Shown: positions 29,955 to 39,752 of the stretch, piece after piece | Layout: the number at the start of each line of letters is the position of its first letter | How positions within the stretch are numbered: position 1 is the stretch's first letter | DNA from: a virus | Taxonomy: Duplodnaviria; Caudoviricetes | IMG/VR virus record: IMGVR_UViG_3300002098_000043 | Coordinates: 1 to 55,616 of that record | Direction: 5' to 3' (one strand) | Length of the DNA stretch: 55,616 nt | The notes under the pieces: model-generated | What the model saw: only the letters and a program-made list of their open reading frames with translations | Database searches by the model: none | Told to the model about the DNA's origin: nothing | Position numbers and translations under genes: made by a program

Positions 29955-31169
29955 TTATGCAAAAATCTGACTCATTTTTGCAAGTATAAGTTGTTTAAGT
30001 TTAATTATTCCAAGTCCACTTAAATGTATTCCGTCCGAACTATATTGAGCTAGCAACCTGTTGTCTTGATCTAAAAAAGGAGTATAGGCATCAATAATTC
30101 TGCTTGCGGGATATGTTGCATTAATCCATGTATTAAGAGGTGTTACGTCTAATACATCTTCTGGTGGGCTTAAAACGTGCCATACTGTAGCTCCTGCTGC
30201 TTGAGCATTACTTACTATGCTAGCGTAATTAGCTTGCCATGTGGCAGATGGTACACTATTTCTTAAATCATTACACCCTATCCACATTAAAACATTTTTA
30301 GGAGCTAAATTTGTTACTTCTTGATTGCATAAAACAGCTTCAACTGTTCTGTCTGCTACTCCAGATAAATTAACAACATTATCAACATCATAAGAAAGAG
30401 TTACACATAAAGTATCTTGCATTTCTCCATTATAATATCCTTGTGTTTTACTATCTCCTATAACTGCCAAATCCGCTCCTTTTAATGAATAAATATCTAG
30501 CCAAATGCCTTGAACTTCTTGCGAACCTCCAAAAGCATATAAAGCTAATTTAAAACGATTATTAAGTTCGCCTGTTGAAGATAATTGTGGATAAGTGTAT
30601 ATATTAGAAATATAATTAACTGATGTTCTTGCTGTATTTGTTGTTACGTTTTTTACAAAAAAAGTGTATTGGTCATCCCGTCTTTGTAACGCAACTTCCA
30701 TTATATCATTAACTGAATAAGGAACAAGTCCTGTTCCTCCAACAACAACAGTTGCATCTCCGCCAGATTTAGTCAAATAAATTTGAGGAGTATCGGAGGC
30801 TGTTCCTACTTGAGAATAATAAGCATAAGCATTAGCTTGTTGGACAACGTTAACAGAATGTACTCCAATTCCAAGTCCATAATCAGTAGCGCCTGTATTT
30901 AAAATTTTATACCTCATTCGACAAGAAAAATTTTCAGCGGCGCTTATATACTGATCGTAAGTTAAATATTTAGTAAGTGTGCCTGTACCTCCGCTAACAG
31001 TAATTTTACCAGACCCAAAAGTAAATGTAGCCCCTCCAACACTAGTATAGTTCCCTGATGTAAAATCATTAGACATAACGTTTCCATAAACATTAAATGG
31101 AGTTTTATTATTATCTCTTATCTGCTGAAGTAACGTTTCTATTGTTTGAAGCTGTTTAGTATTGTCCAT
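29955..31169 (-). CDS. SGNH/GDSL esterase with N-terminal lectin-like beta domain (virion-associated)
   Basis: IGDS, WIGCND and DGIH blocks. Confidence 0.85.
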   Translation of the reverse strand: MDNTKQLQTIETLLQQIRDNNKTPFNVYGNVMSNDFTSGNYTSVGGATFTFGSGKITVSGGTGTLTKYLTYDQYISAAENFSCRMRYKILNTGATDYGLGIGVHSVNVVQQANAYAYYSQVGTASDTPQIYLTKSGGDATVVVGGTGLVPYSVNDIMEVALQRRDDQYTFFVKNVTTNTARTSVNYISNIYTYPQLSSTGELNNRFKLALYAFGGSQEVQGIWLDIYSLKGADLAVIGDSKTQGYYNGEMQDTLCVTLSYDVDNVVNLSGVADRTVEAVLCNQEVTNLAPKNVLMWIGCNDLRNSVPSATWQANYASIVSNAQAAGATVWHVLSPPEDVLDVTPLNTWINATYPASRIIDAYTPFLDQDNRLLAQYSSDGIHLSGLGIIKLKQLILAKMSQIFA

Positions 31170-31170
31170 T

Positions 31171-31308
31171 TTAATCTAAATTTCTTATTGATAAAAATTG
31201 TATTAACACTTGATTCCATAAAATACCAGATGTTGATTGTAAATCATGGTTGGCTACAATTTGTGAAAGCAAAGCCGCTATAGTATTAAGTTGTTTTGTA
31301 TTATCCAT
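31171..31308 (-). CDS. 45-aa protein paralogous to the SGNH N-terminus (not in ORF track)
   Basis: MDNTKQLNTIAALLSQI vs MDNTKQLQTIETLLQQI. Confidence 0.65.
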   Translation of the reverse strand: MDNTKQLNTIAALLSQIVANHDLQSTSGILWNQVLIQFLSIRNLD

Positions 31309-31337
31309 TATACATAATATTTGTATAAAAATAATAA

Positions 31338-31366
31338 AAAAAGCGATGCTTGTAACACCGCTTTTT
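31338..31366 (-). terminator. Intrinsic terminator
   Basis: aaaaagcgatg...caccgcttttt hairpin. Confidence 0.6.
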
Positions 31367-31386
31367 AAAAATAAAATGAAAAGTTT

Positions 31387-33060
31387 TTAGTTAATTATTT
31401 CAAACCCTATTTTCATAGAAGTTGATAATGCATTTGTTGCATGAGCATTGTAAATAATAATATCAAAACTGTTTGCTGTTTGATTCTTTACAAATACATA
31501 AGGTAAACCATTTGTAATAACAGTTCCACCATATTCGGTTATATAAGCACGAATATTGCTTGTCGCAGTTGTTTTATTACAAGTTACCGTAAAAGTAGTT
31601 GCCGATAGTGCAGCAGTAGACGGTGTAAAAGTTGTAATAATACCTTTTCGTGAATTAACTGTTACGCCAGTTGTAATAGAAGTTCCTTGTGTAACCGAGG
31701 AAATTGTCCCTAAAGATGTTCCTTGAATTGTTACCCAATTTCCCGCAACTTTAGCCTCAAAAATTACTTCCTGACCGGGTTGTAAAGCAAATGCAGCATT
31801 AGCGACAGCGCCATCAATAGCGTCTCCCGTTTGACCAAAAACATTCATTGATTTAGCCGCATCATTTCTGATAGTAAATCTTTGACCAACTACAATTACT
31901 GGCAACTGTGCAGAATCTCCTGCCGTAGCAACTGTTGTAAAAATATTGATCTCAGAAGCAATAGCCGTTCCTGCTTGAGCGCCGCCAGCTAAAGCGGTCA
32001 TTCCTGAAGTTAATTTGTAAATATTATAATTTCCAAATGTTTGAATTCCATTAAAAGTTTGGTTTCCTTGAGTCATTGCAAAATTAGCATCTGCGCCAGC
32101 ATCAGGAATTGTATAAATTCTTGCTGCTGCTTGAGAAGCGTTAGTAACTCTTGTTACTGTATTTCCAGCTGAATCAGACACCAAAATTTCTAATTGACCC
32201 TTAGCAGAAGATGGTGAATTAAATGTTAATCCAGCCCCACCAATTGTTGTTTGCCATCCAGTAGTGGTATTAACTACAAAACGCGCTGAAGATAATGGCT
32301 GAATACGAACCGCTAAATTAACTGCTAAAGCATTAATTGAAGCTGAAGTATTAGGGAAAATATCTAATGCAGCCGCACCTAAATTTTTCACAACTATTTC
32401 TTGTCCTAAAAATGCAATTGCTGGTAAAACAACCGAATCTCCTGCTGTTGCACAAGTTCCAATAACGTTAGTCCCTTCTGATAATACAGTCGCAGAACCT
32501 TGTCCGCCACCAGCATGAGCTGTAATTCCATTATTAGTACCCATACCACATCTTGAAACCCTCCAAGAAGTTGTGCTTGTGGCTTCAAACATAAGATGTG
32601 AGCCAGCTGACAATAAAATTGAAGCATTTGCTGATAAAAGTCCAATAGTTGCTCCTGTTGCAGGAAAAACAGCACAAGGAGCGGAAACACCACTTGCTAC
32701 TAATACTAAAATCTTCATCCCAACGATAGCCGTTGGTAATTTAACCGAATCTCCTGCGGTAGCACAAGTTGAAATATTATTAATTTGACTTGTTAACTGA
32801 GTCGCAGAACCTTGTCCGCCACCAGCAAAAGCCGTAACTGCTGCGCTGGTTTTTAAATTTTCAATATTTAAAAATGTAATACCAGCACCACTTGTTTTTT
32901 CAGCAATTTTATCAACATCAATTTGGTCAAATCCTGTTTGACCATCTTCAATGTCTAATAATTGACCAACCGTAGCAACATCTCCTCTTTCGATTCCAGC
33001 CGCCACATTTGATATTCTTTTTCCGTGGGCATCAAACCCAGTTATATTTTCTGTAATCAT
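31387..33060 (-). CDS. Fibre/decoration protein with three internal repeats
   Basis: TAxAGGxQ...TxATAGDSxxLP module x3; 28-bp exact DNA repeat 32488-32515 / 32800-32827. Confidence 0.65.
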   Translation of the reverse strand: MITENITGFDAHGKRISNVAAGIERGDVATVGQLLDIEDGQTGFDQIDVDKIAEKTSGAGITFLNIENLKTSAAVTAFAGGGQGSATQLTSQINNISTCATAGDSVKLPTAIVGMKILVLVASGVSAPCAVFPATGATIGLLSANASILLSAGSHLMFEATSTTSWRVSRCGMGTNNGITAHAGGGQGSATVLSEGTNVIGTCATAGDSVVLPAIAFLGQEIVVKNLGAAALDIFPNTSASINALAVNLAVRIQPLSSARFVVNTTTGWQTTIGGAGLTFNSPSSAKGQLEILVSDSAGNTVTRVTNASQAAARIYTIPDAGADANFAMTQGNQTFNGIQTFGNYNIYKLTSGMTALAGGAQAGTAIASEINIFTTVATAGDSAQLPVIVVGQRFTIRNDAAKSMNVFGQTGDAIDGAVANAAFALQPGQEVIFEAKVAGNWVTIQGTSLGTISSVTQGTSITTGVTVNSRKGIITTFTPSTAALSATTFTVTCNKTTATSNIRAYITEYGGTVITNGLPYVFVKNQTANSFDIIIYNAHATNALSTSMKIGFEIIN

Positions 33061-33076
33061 AATTTTTTGTTTTATA

Positions 33077-33113
33077 AAAATGGCGGACGTTTTTTATTTT
33101 CATCCGCCATTTT
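33077..33113 (-). terminator. Intrinsic terminator
   Basis: aaaatggcggacg...catccgccatttt. Confidence 0.65.
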
Positions 33114-33135
33114 AAAATTATTAATAATTTAATTA

Positions 33136-34779
33136 TTACATTCTCCAAGTGTTATCACCTAATACTAAAATAGTATTTGATGTGTTTGTTGGAACGCCGC
33201 TACCTGTCCCAATTGCACGAACAAATGGAATTACAGTAGTTCCAGCAGGGAAAACATAAGCTGTTGCTTGAACTGAAGTTACATCAACGCCATCTACATA
33301 AAACCATGCTTTACCAGCAATATCCACCTTTATTTCAAATACGTGAGTTGCTGTATCTGCCCAAGTTTTAGTAGAAGATGTAGAAACTTCACCAGCACTA
33401 TTCAAGTTAGTCATAACGTTAATAGTTTGAGTTGCGGCTGAAGCATTAAATCCAAGTGCTGCATAGTTAGCGTAACCAGAAATAGCTGTGTTAAACGCTA
33501 CTTTAGTTCTAAACCCTACATAGAATGGATTCGCCTGAGAAACGTCTGTAATTGTTCCTTTATAATAGAAAGAAAATGTTTGCTTTCCAACTACAAAATT
33601 TTGGTGAGGTGTGCCTAATGGCTGACCAGCCCACTCAAGACCTTCAGCGGCGTTGTCTAAATCCCAAATCAAACCACTACCATTAGTAGCGTCCCAAAGA
33701 GGGAAAATTTGAGTAGATGCTCCTTTGATATAATAAGGAGCTTGACTAGTTTTCGTTAACAACGTGTTAATATCGCCATCAGAACCAGTTGGAATACCAG
33801 CAGTACCAATACCAGAGAATGAAGGGCGATTATCCCAAAATTCAACGATTGAATTCCAGTCATTTTTATATAAATCAGAAATATGACGGAACATTACCTT
33901 TTCAAATGCAGTAAATCCACTTGCGTTTGTTGTATCTGAACCCGTTCCATTATCAACCCATATAGTTTGAATTTTATTAACTAGCGCATATTGTCCTGTT
34001 TGATTATGTGCAGAAGCTAAATCATAAGATAAGATAACGAATGCGTTATATTTTTGACCAGATACGGCTGAAAGACCATCTGCGGTTAAAGGAGGTGCGA
34101 TTAATGTACCAGAAATTAAATTTCCATACATAAAATCCATCACTGGAGCGCCTTTAGCTAAATTAGCGCCAACACCTACTGCATAAACAGCTTGAGTTGT
34201 AACCGCAATATTATTAGACACATAACCATACCCTGTGCTATCAGACCAAATACCAACAGTACTTTTGCCTTGACGACCACTTTGACCTTGTTGATAAAGA
34301 ATGTTCCAATCACTTAATAAATTAGGATTGTAACCAGCATCATCAGTAATAGTATAAGTGCCGTTAGATGTTGTTGCGGCTAACACATTGTTAGATGTGT
34401 CCGCGTTAATTTTTGCAACAATTTGTGTAGCGATATACTCTCTACGTAACTGAGCAGTTGCTCCCTCAGCCGCCAAAGATACTGTAGTTGTATAAGTATA
34501 TGGCTTCATTAAATTTTGTGAACCATTCACGTTTTTACGTGGGTCGCCAATATAAACTCCATATACAGTACTTCCAGTTGGTGTCCATGTTGTGTCCACG
34601 CCAGCTATTGTTACTACTTGTGATACTTCAGCTTTATAGAGAACTTCTTTAATCGAGTAAATGTTACTTGTCTTTGTAGAAGTTTTCAATCCAGCTATGG
34701 CGAGTACCCCGCCACTGCATATTGCATCACTCGCTGCGGATGTGCGCAATAATACTGCTTCATTGATTTTTGTACTCAT
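33136..34779 (-). CDS. Putative auxiliary capsid protein
   Basis: Syntenic with crAss-like auxiliary capsid gene; shares 15-bp translation-initiation region with MCP. Confidence 0.5.
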   Translation of the reverse strand: MSTKINEAVLLRTSAASDAICSGGVLAIAGLKTSTKTSNIYSIKEVLYKAEVSQVVTIAGVDTTWTPTGSTVYGVYIGDPRKNVNGSQNLMKPYTYTTTVSLAAEGATAQLRREYIATQIVAKINADTSNNVLAATTSNGTYTITDDAGYNPNLLSDWNILYQQGQSGRQGKSTVGIWSDSTGYGYVSNNIAVTTQAVYAVGVGANLAKGAPVMDFMYGNLISGTLIAPPLTADGLSAVSGQKYNAFVILSYDLASAHNQTGQYALVNKIQTIWVDNGTGSDTTNASGFTAFEKVMFRHISDLYKNDWNSIVEFWDNRPSFSGIGTAGIPTGSDGDINTLLTKTSQAPYYIKGASTQIFPLWDATNGSGLIWDLDNAAEGLEWAGQPLGTPHQNFVVGKQTFSFYYKGTITDVSQANPFYVGFRTKVAFNTAISGYANYAALGFNASAATQTINVMTNLNSAGEVSTSSTKTWADTATHVFEIKVDIAGKAWFYVDGVDVTSVQATAYVFPAGTTVIPFVRAIGTGSGVPTNTSNTILVLGDNTWRM

Positions 34780-34866
34780 TTTTTTTAGTTTTTGAGATTA
34801 ATAATAGTGTAAATGTACTGTTTGTTACATTCTGACAATCAAGTGTTAAGAACTGTTGAAAACTTT

Positions 34867-35643
34867 TTAAGCTTCAATTTTATTTACTTCTTTTTCAACA
34901 AACATTTCCTTGTTAAAATCGCTGATATTTCCACTTAAAATCTCAGCCACTATCCAGCACATTTTTTCCTGTATTTGTTCCGGTAAATTAGAATCTACTA
35001 ATATAGATGTAGGAATTACTTGTCCGCTAGTTAATACAGTTCCAACTGCTACAAATTGATCTCCTGCGTTATAAGTAACAGAATTTTGTACCGATTGTTC
35101 AACAGCTGTATAGTTAATGCCATTAGTTAATGTCCCTGTATCATCAATTAAATCAGATTCATTTCCTATGTAAAAATCAGAAGGGTTTTTTAAATATGTC
35201 AATTCACAAGTAACTGTTCCGCCTAATCCGCGATAAACTTTCCAACCAGTTGCATCTTCTCTTTGAAATATATATTTGTTAGTGGGTGTAGTCCATGTAT
35301 TTTGTAATGTTCTGTTTAAAGAATCATCATCAACAGGAGTAACTTGAGCAAGCACACTGTCAACAAAAATATTCATTACTTGAAAATAATAATAATCAGA
35401 AGGATAATTTACGTGACTAATTGTATAAGTTGGTGTAGGAGACAATGTAGAAACGGCTGGTGTTAAATCTGTTTTTAAAGTATAAAGATATTTACGAACT
35501 TCATCAACATCATCTTTAAAAAATTCAACTATGCGCTTTTGCACTGTTTGAAATGTAAGATTATATTGTTGAAATGGGAAACGGGACGTTCTTGCCCTGT
35601 CCATATAGGAATCAACTCGTTCCTTCATTTTTATTGCATTCAT
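34867..35643 (-). CDS. Head-tail ring/connector protein
   Basis: YPSDYYY, YLKNP, LPEQIQEK..WIVA pattern; synteny. Confidence 0.6.
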   Translation of the reverse strand: MNAIKMKERVDSYMDRARTSRFPFQQYNLTFQTVQKRIVEFFKDDVDEVRKYLYTLKTDLTPAVSTLSPTPTYTISHVNYPSDYYYFQVMNIFVDSVLAQVTPVDDDSLNRTLQNTWTTPTNKYIFQREDATGWKVYRGLGGTVTCELTYLKNPSDFYIGNESDLIDDTGTLTNGINYTAVEQSVQNSVTYNAGDQFVAVGTVLTSGQVIPTSILVDSNLPEQIQEKMCWIVAEILSGNISDFNKEMFVEKEVNKIEA

Positions 35644-35659
35644 CCTGAATATTTTGAAT

Positions 35660-35696
35660 CAAATATAAATAAAAAAGGCGGTTGTTTAGACCGCCT
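35660..35696 (-). promoter_or_regulatory. Terminator hairpin followed by TATATTTG promoter
   Basis: aggcggt...accgcct 35676-35696 with A tract; caaatata 35660-35667. Confidence 0.6.
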
Positions 35697-35716
35697 ATTA
35701 ATAAAAGTTATTCAAA

Positions 35717-36817
35717 TTACACTGTTTCAACAGAAGCCTTTTCCGCTTCTCTTACTTTAACTAGTAATGTTTCGTACTTTGTTTTTGGAGCTTGCCATCC
35801 GCGAATTTTTAGTTCTTCTGCGCGTTTTTTAAGCTTTGCCATATCCCCGCCAAATTCATCATCAATCGGTGTTGAATTTTGAATCTTTTCATTTGGAACA
35901 TCTTTTAACTTAGCTTCCATTTCAGCTAATCTTCTCTCAAGTTCTAATTCCCTTGCGCTTTTTTCAATTACAGGGGCTTTATACGACTGAATAGAATGAG
36001 TGCTTTGCTCTCTCTTTTGTAGCGTTAAAGCTGCAATAGATTGCGCCATATCGGGTTTTTTACTAAGTTCTGTAACAGCTAATTCTTTAGTTTTACCTAA
36101 AATTAATCCGCCGTACTTATATCCTTCCATTGGATTAAACTCAATAATACCCATCGACTGAGCATTTGTAAGAATAGTTAAGAACGGTCTTGTAGGACTA
36201 TTGTACATTTCCAAAAATTCTTTTGGTTTCGCCTCTACTGCTGTTGCTAACTTGTCCGCCAAAACTAATGGAGAAAAAATAGTTGGATCAATGCCAAAAT
36301 TACGAGCAATATCCTTCAATTCTTCACCATAAGGAATTCCCTCAATAATTTCAATTGCTTTTTTCTTCCATGATCTTAAATCAATATTAGCTCTTGCGTC
36401 TTTTTCTTTGTCGCGCAACTTAAAACGAGGCTTACCTTGAGTGTCCTTAATTTTGTTCATCTCAATTGCCTTCGTAATAATAGCACATTTTTTAGCATGG
36501 TCAGGAATTGACCTATCATAAAAAACGTTATTAGATAATTTGATTTTTTGATGCTGAATATGCTTACCTGTATTGTGAATGCCAACAGGAATTTTCCAGA
36601 TTATACCTGTTGAAAGGTCTGTAAATCCACTAAATAAAGCATCGTTTGATAAATTCCTTTCAGAATCTTTTTTCTTCATTGATTCAATTTCAATGACGCC
36701 CTCTTTTGGACAAATGTTAGGATTGTCTAAGTTAATATACTTATGTTTCATCCCGTTTCCATCTTCTACCCAAATAAATGTAGAAGTGGTGTCTACTTGA
36801 TTTCCTTGTTGTTCCAT
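35717..36817 (-). CDS. Conserved crAss-like protein downstream of MCP
   Basis: Synteny; A...GII......Y.YGG..LG......A...L motif. Confidence 0.55.
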   Translation of the reverse strand: MEQQGNQVDTTSTFIWVEDGNGMKHKYINLDNPNICPKEGVIEIESMKKKDSERNLSNDALFSGFTDLSTGIIWKIPVGIHNTGKHIQHQKIKLSNNVFYDRSIPDHAKKCAIITKAIEMNKIKDTQGKPRFKLRDKEKDARANIDLRSWKKKAIEIIEGIPYGEELKDIARNFGIDPTIFSPLVLADKLATAVEAKPKEFLEMYNSPTRPFLTILTNAQSMGIIEFNPMEGYKYGGLILGKTKELAVTELSKKPDMAQSIAALTLQKREQSTHSIQSYKAPVIEKSARELELERRLAEMEAKLKDVPNEKIQNSTPIDDEFGGDMAKLKKRAEELKIRGWQAPKTKYETLLVKVREAEKASVETV

Positions 36818-36861
36818 TTTTTTATATGAGCCTCTCGCTCGTTTTAAATTAATTATTTAAA

Positions 36862-36886
36862 AGTGGCGGACAATATATCCGCCACT
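36862..36886 (-). terminator. Terminator after MCP
   Basis: agtggcgga...tccgccact perfect 9-bp stem. Confidence 0.7.
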
Positions 36887-36894
36887 CTATTTTT

Positions 36895-38388
36895 TTATCC
36901 TTTGTAGATAATGCCGCAAAGTTGAGTATTATAAACAACTAACATATCTTGCTGTAAGCAAGCGTATTTGTTAGCGTCTTGTTCTGATTGAACAAAACCA
37001 GATCTACCAGTTAAACCAATATAATCCGCGTCTACTTTCTTACGGCTGATTCCATTTGCCTGTTTGTACAAAATATCCATTGTAGGACCATCGCCATTAG
37101 TATTTTTTGACATACCAATGAAGAAAATTGTACTTGACATATCTGGAACTCCATTGCTATCTAAATTAGTGAACATGCGAGAATCATCAAACATTGTATG
37201 CTTAATGAATGTTACGCTGTTACCATTTAAATTTAAACGCATAAAGTTTAGACCAGTAGCTGTTTTAGCGCTTCCAGCATTATCAGTTTGAACAACTGTT
37301 TGGAACAATTGTGTGCCTTGATTTCCGCTGATTGTTGGAGCAACACGTTGAACGTTTGCATACGCAGCGGTTCCGCACATTCCATACCATTCGATTTCAT
37401 CTACTTGGTTAGAGCCTAACTGCATTGTTTGCATAATTTCTTCAAAGTCATCCGCAGTCGGTTGTCCGTCTACGCCTGATCCGTAAAGAATATTATTGCC
37501 GTTAACTTGTTGTTCAAAACCATCACCTTGAGTAATAGGCATTCCAGTTTCAGGGTCGTTACCTAAAGAAGAAATTGTACGTAATGAACCGTCTGAATTC
37601 TTCATAGAAGAAATACCAAACCATTTGTTACGCTCATCTTCCATTGCTAACTGAGCTTGTAATTGTTGTACTTTAGCGTACATCCAACCAACACGTCCGC
37701 CCATTCCTTCAGCGTTTGTGTATTCATACCATAAAATATCAGACGCGGCATCACCAGTAATGGTAGCTGTTTTACGCTGAATAGTCATGTGGTTAACGAA
37801 TACATCAGGTTTTTTATCGCGACTATAACCACGAAGTGAACCTTCGCCATAAGATGAATACATTGGCATACAAGTATAAGAACCTGCTTGTCCAGCAACA
37901 TCATTAGTCCAGTTGAATGTCGACCCGTCAACTGTTTGGAATGTATAAACAAATCCAGAAGATGAACTTCCGTTTCCGTTATCCATTACGCGTGCTTGTA
38001 AACGAGAATTGAATGTTACAATCCAGCCTTGATAAAGGTAATCGTCTTGCATTAAAAGTTGGAATGAACCAGTTGAACCTGAAGCGCCAATTTGTGATAA
38101 AATCACTGCATTGGTTTCGATACGTCCGATTACATCAAAACGATATGCTTTGTTTCCGATGCCTTTAGTTTCGTCAATAAAACGAGGTGTTTTAGTTGTT
38201 GAAGGATTAATACCATAAGGAGTGACAGCGCCATCAACTAGCATTGTCATCATATAACGTCTGTTCTTGTATTCTAAGAACTTGCGGACTTCTGGTTTGA
38301 GAGCCTGATTTCTAATTAAATCGTTCTCATCAGTACAGGTCGGTCCGAATGTACCTTGTACTATGTTAATTTGCCCTTGAGCTGCCAT
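36895..38388 (-). CDS. Major capsid protein (crAss-like HK97 fold)
   Basis: 497 aa; NHMTIQRK...ITGDA, GDG..QQ, NGNSVTF..H.MFDD motifs; after portal and scaffold; followed by terminator. Confidence 0.8.
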   Translation of the reverse strand: MAAQGQINIVQGTFGPTCTDENDLIRNQALKPEVRKFLEYKNRRYMMTMLVDGAVTPYGINPSTTKTPRFIDETKGIGNKAYRFDVIGRIETNAVILSQIGASGSTGSFQLLMQDDYLYQGWIVTFNSRLQARVMDNGNGSSSSGFVYTFQTVDGSTFNWTNDVAGQAGSYTCMPMYSSYGEGSLRGYSRDKKPDVFVNHMTIQRKTATITGDAASDILWYEYTNAEGMGGRVGWMYAKVQQLQAQLAMEDERNKWFGISSMKNSDGSLRTISSLGNDPETGMPITQGDGFEQQVNGNNILYGSGVDGQPTADDFEEIMQTMQLGSNQVDEIEWYGMCGTAAYANVQRVAPTISGNQGTQLFQTVVQTDNAGSAKTATGLNFMRLNLNGNSVTFIKHTMFDDSRMFTNLDSNGVPDMSSTIFFIGMSKNTNGDGPTMDILYKQANGISRKKVDADYIGLTGRSGFVQSEQDANKYACLQQDMLVVYNTQLCGIIYKG

Positions 38389-38425
38389 TTTGTTTTTAGT
38401 TTTTGAGTAATAAAAAGTTTAATTT

Positions 38426-39718
38426 TTACCCAAAATCTTCTTTCAAAATGTCATTGATTTCATTATTCGGTTTTCTTGGTACTACTGTACTATTTATTGA
38501 TCCCTTGTCAGTATTAGGGATTGCGTGCAATTGCTTCTTATGGTCTAACAATACTTTTTCTCGAACCCTGTTCTCGTAGCCTTTAATGCCTTTCTCGTAA
38601 AACTCATCCATCATTATTGCACGCGCTAATTTCTCAGGATTACTTAGGAGTTGGTCGATAGCACCTTCGCTTATTCTTTTACGAAGGAACTGGCGGTCAA
38701 TGTCCGATACTTTCTTGTCCAAGAACGTTAAATCCCTGTCTAACGCTTTACTTACTTGGTCAATTTTCTCTTTATCAGCCGCGACTTTTGAGTCCTGTAT
38801 CTTACCCTGATACTCTTGTATTTTTTGTTTATGAAATTCTTGTTGTTGCAAACGCTGTTTATTAAGTTCCATTCGGATCATTCCATCTACAGCATCTTCT
38901 CGATTAGCGTCTTTAATTTGCTGATATTTTATGTCAACCATTTCTTCTGTAAAATCAGGATTCCCCGCTTTAATATCTGCACGAATTAAAGTTTCTTTAT
39001 CCATCTTTAAATAGTTATCTATTTTAATTGTAGGATTTAATACCTGTTCAATAGATAAATCTGGTATTTGATTGGCAAGCTCTAAAGCTGCTCTGATTTC
39101 AGGTTTTAAATTAGCCCATGCTGATTCTTTGCCTTTATTCTCGGCTTCCTGTCTAATCTTTTCAATATTCTGGTTCTCAACCGCTAAATAAGACTCGAAA
39201 TCTTCCTTAAAATCAGCTGGCACTTCAATTCCTTTTGATAATAAAAGAGCTTTAAATGTTCCATCTTCAGCGTCTAATAAACCAGTATTTAATTCGCTTT
39301 CAGTAACAAATCCTTCGTTCTTAGTTGTTTCGGATATTTTAGCTTCAATTTCTTGTGGTGTTGCTGTTTCTGGTAAACCTAATTCAATAGCCTTTGCCTT
39401 AAAATCATCCGCGATTTTTTGTTCCGCAGCTTGAACCTGTTCTTTAGTTGCGTTTTCTTCTAACCCAAGTAATTTTGCTTTTTCAACAAATAACTTAGTT
39501 TCTTCTGCTTTAACCGAGTCCTGAGTTTCTTTTGCGGCTGCAATTTCTTCAGGAGTTTGTGTAACTGTTTCTGTATTAGTAACTGGTGTTTCTTTTTTCT
39601 CTGATGCAAATTCGGGGATTGTTGATAAAAAATCAATTCCAACCTCTTTAACACCATCATTACTAGCGTTCGCCTCTCGCGAAGTATCTGTAACGTTTGT
39701 ATTTATTGTGGTTTCCAT
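38426..39718 (-). CDS. Acidic scaffold-like protein
   Basis: E/K-rich helical protein between portal and MCP. Confidence 0.6.
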   Translation of the reverse strand: METTINTNVTDTSREANASNDGVKEVGIDFLSTIPEFASEKKETPVTNTETVTQTPEEIAAAKETQDSVKAEETKLFVEKAKLLGLEENATKEQVQAAEQKIADDFKAKAIELGLPETATPQEIEAKISETTKNEGFVTESELNTGLLDAEDGTFKALLLSKGIEVPADFKEDFESYLAVENQNIEKIRQEAENKGKESAWANLKPEIRAALELANQIPDLSIEQVLNPTIKIDNYLKMDKETLIRADIKAGNPDFTEEMVDIKYQQIKDANREDAVDGMIRMELNKQRLQQQEFHKQKIQEYQGKIQDSKVAADKEKIDQVSKALDRDLTFLDKKVSDIDRQFLRKRISEGAIDQLLSNPEKLARAIMMDEFYEKGIKGYENRVREKVLLDHKKQLHAIPNTDKGSINSTVVPRKPNNEINDILKEDFG

Positions 39719-39734
39719 TTCAACTATTTGGTTT

Positions 39735-39742
39735 CAAATATA
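39735..39742 (-). promoter_or_regulatory. TATATTTG -7 box for scaffold-MCP
   Basis: Exact TAnnTTTG 16 nt upstream of start. Confidence 0.6.
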
Positions 39743-39752
39743 TTACTTTTAT

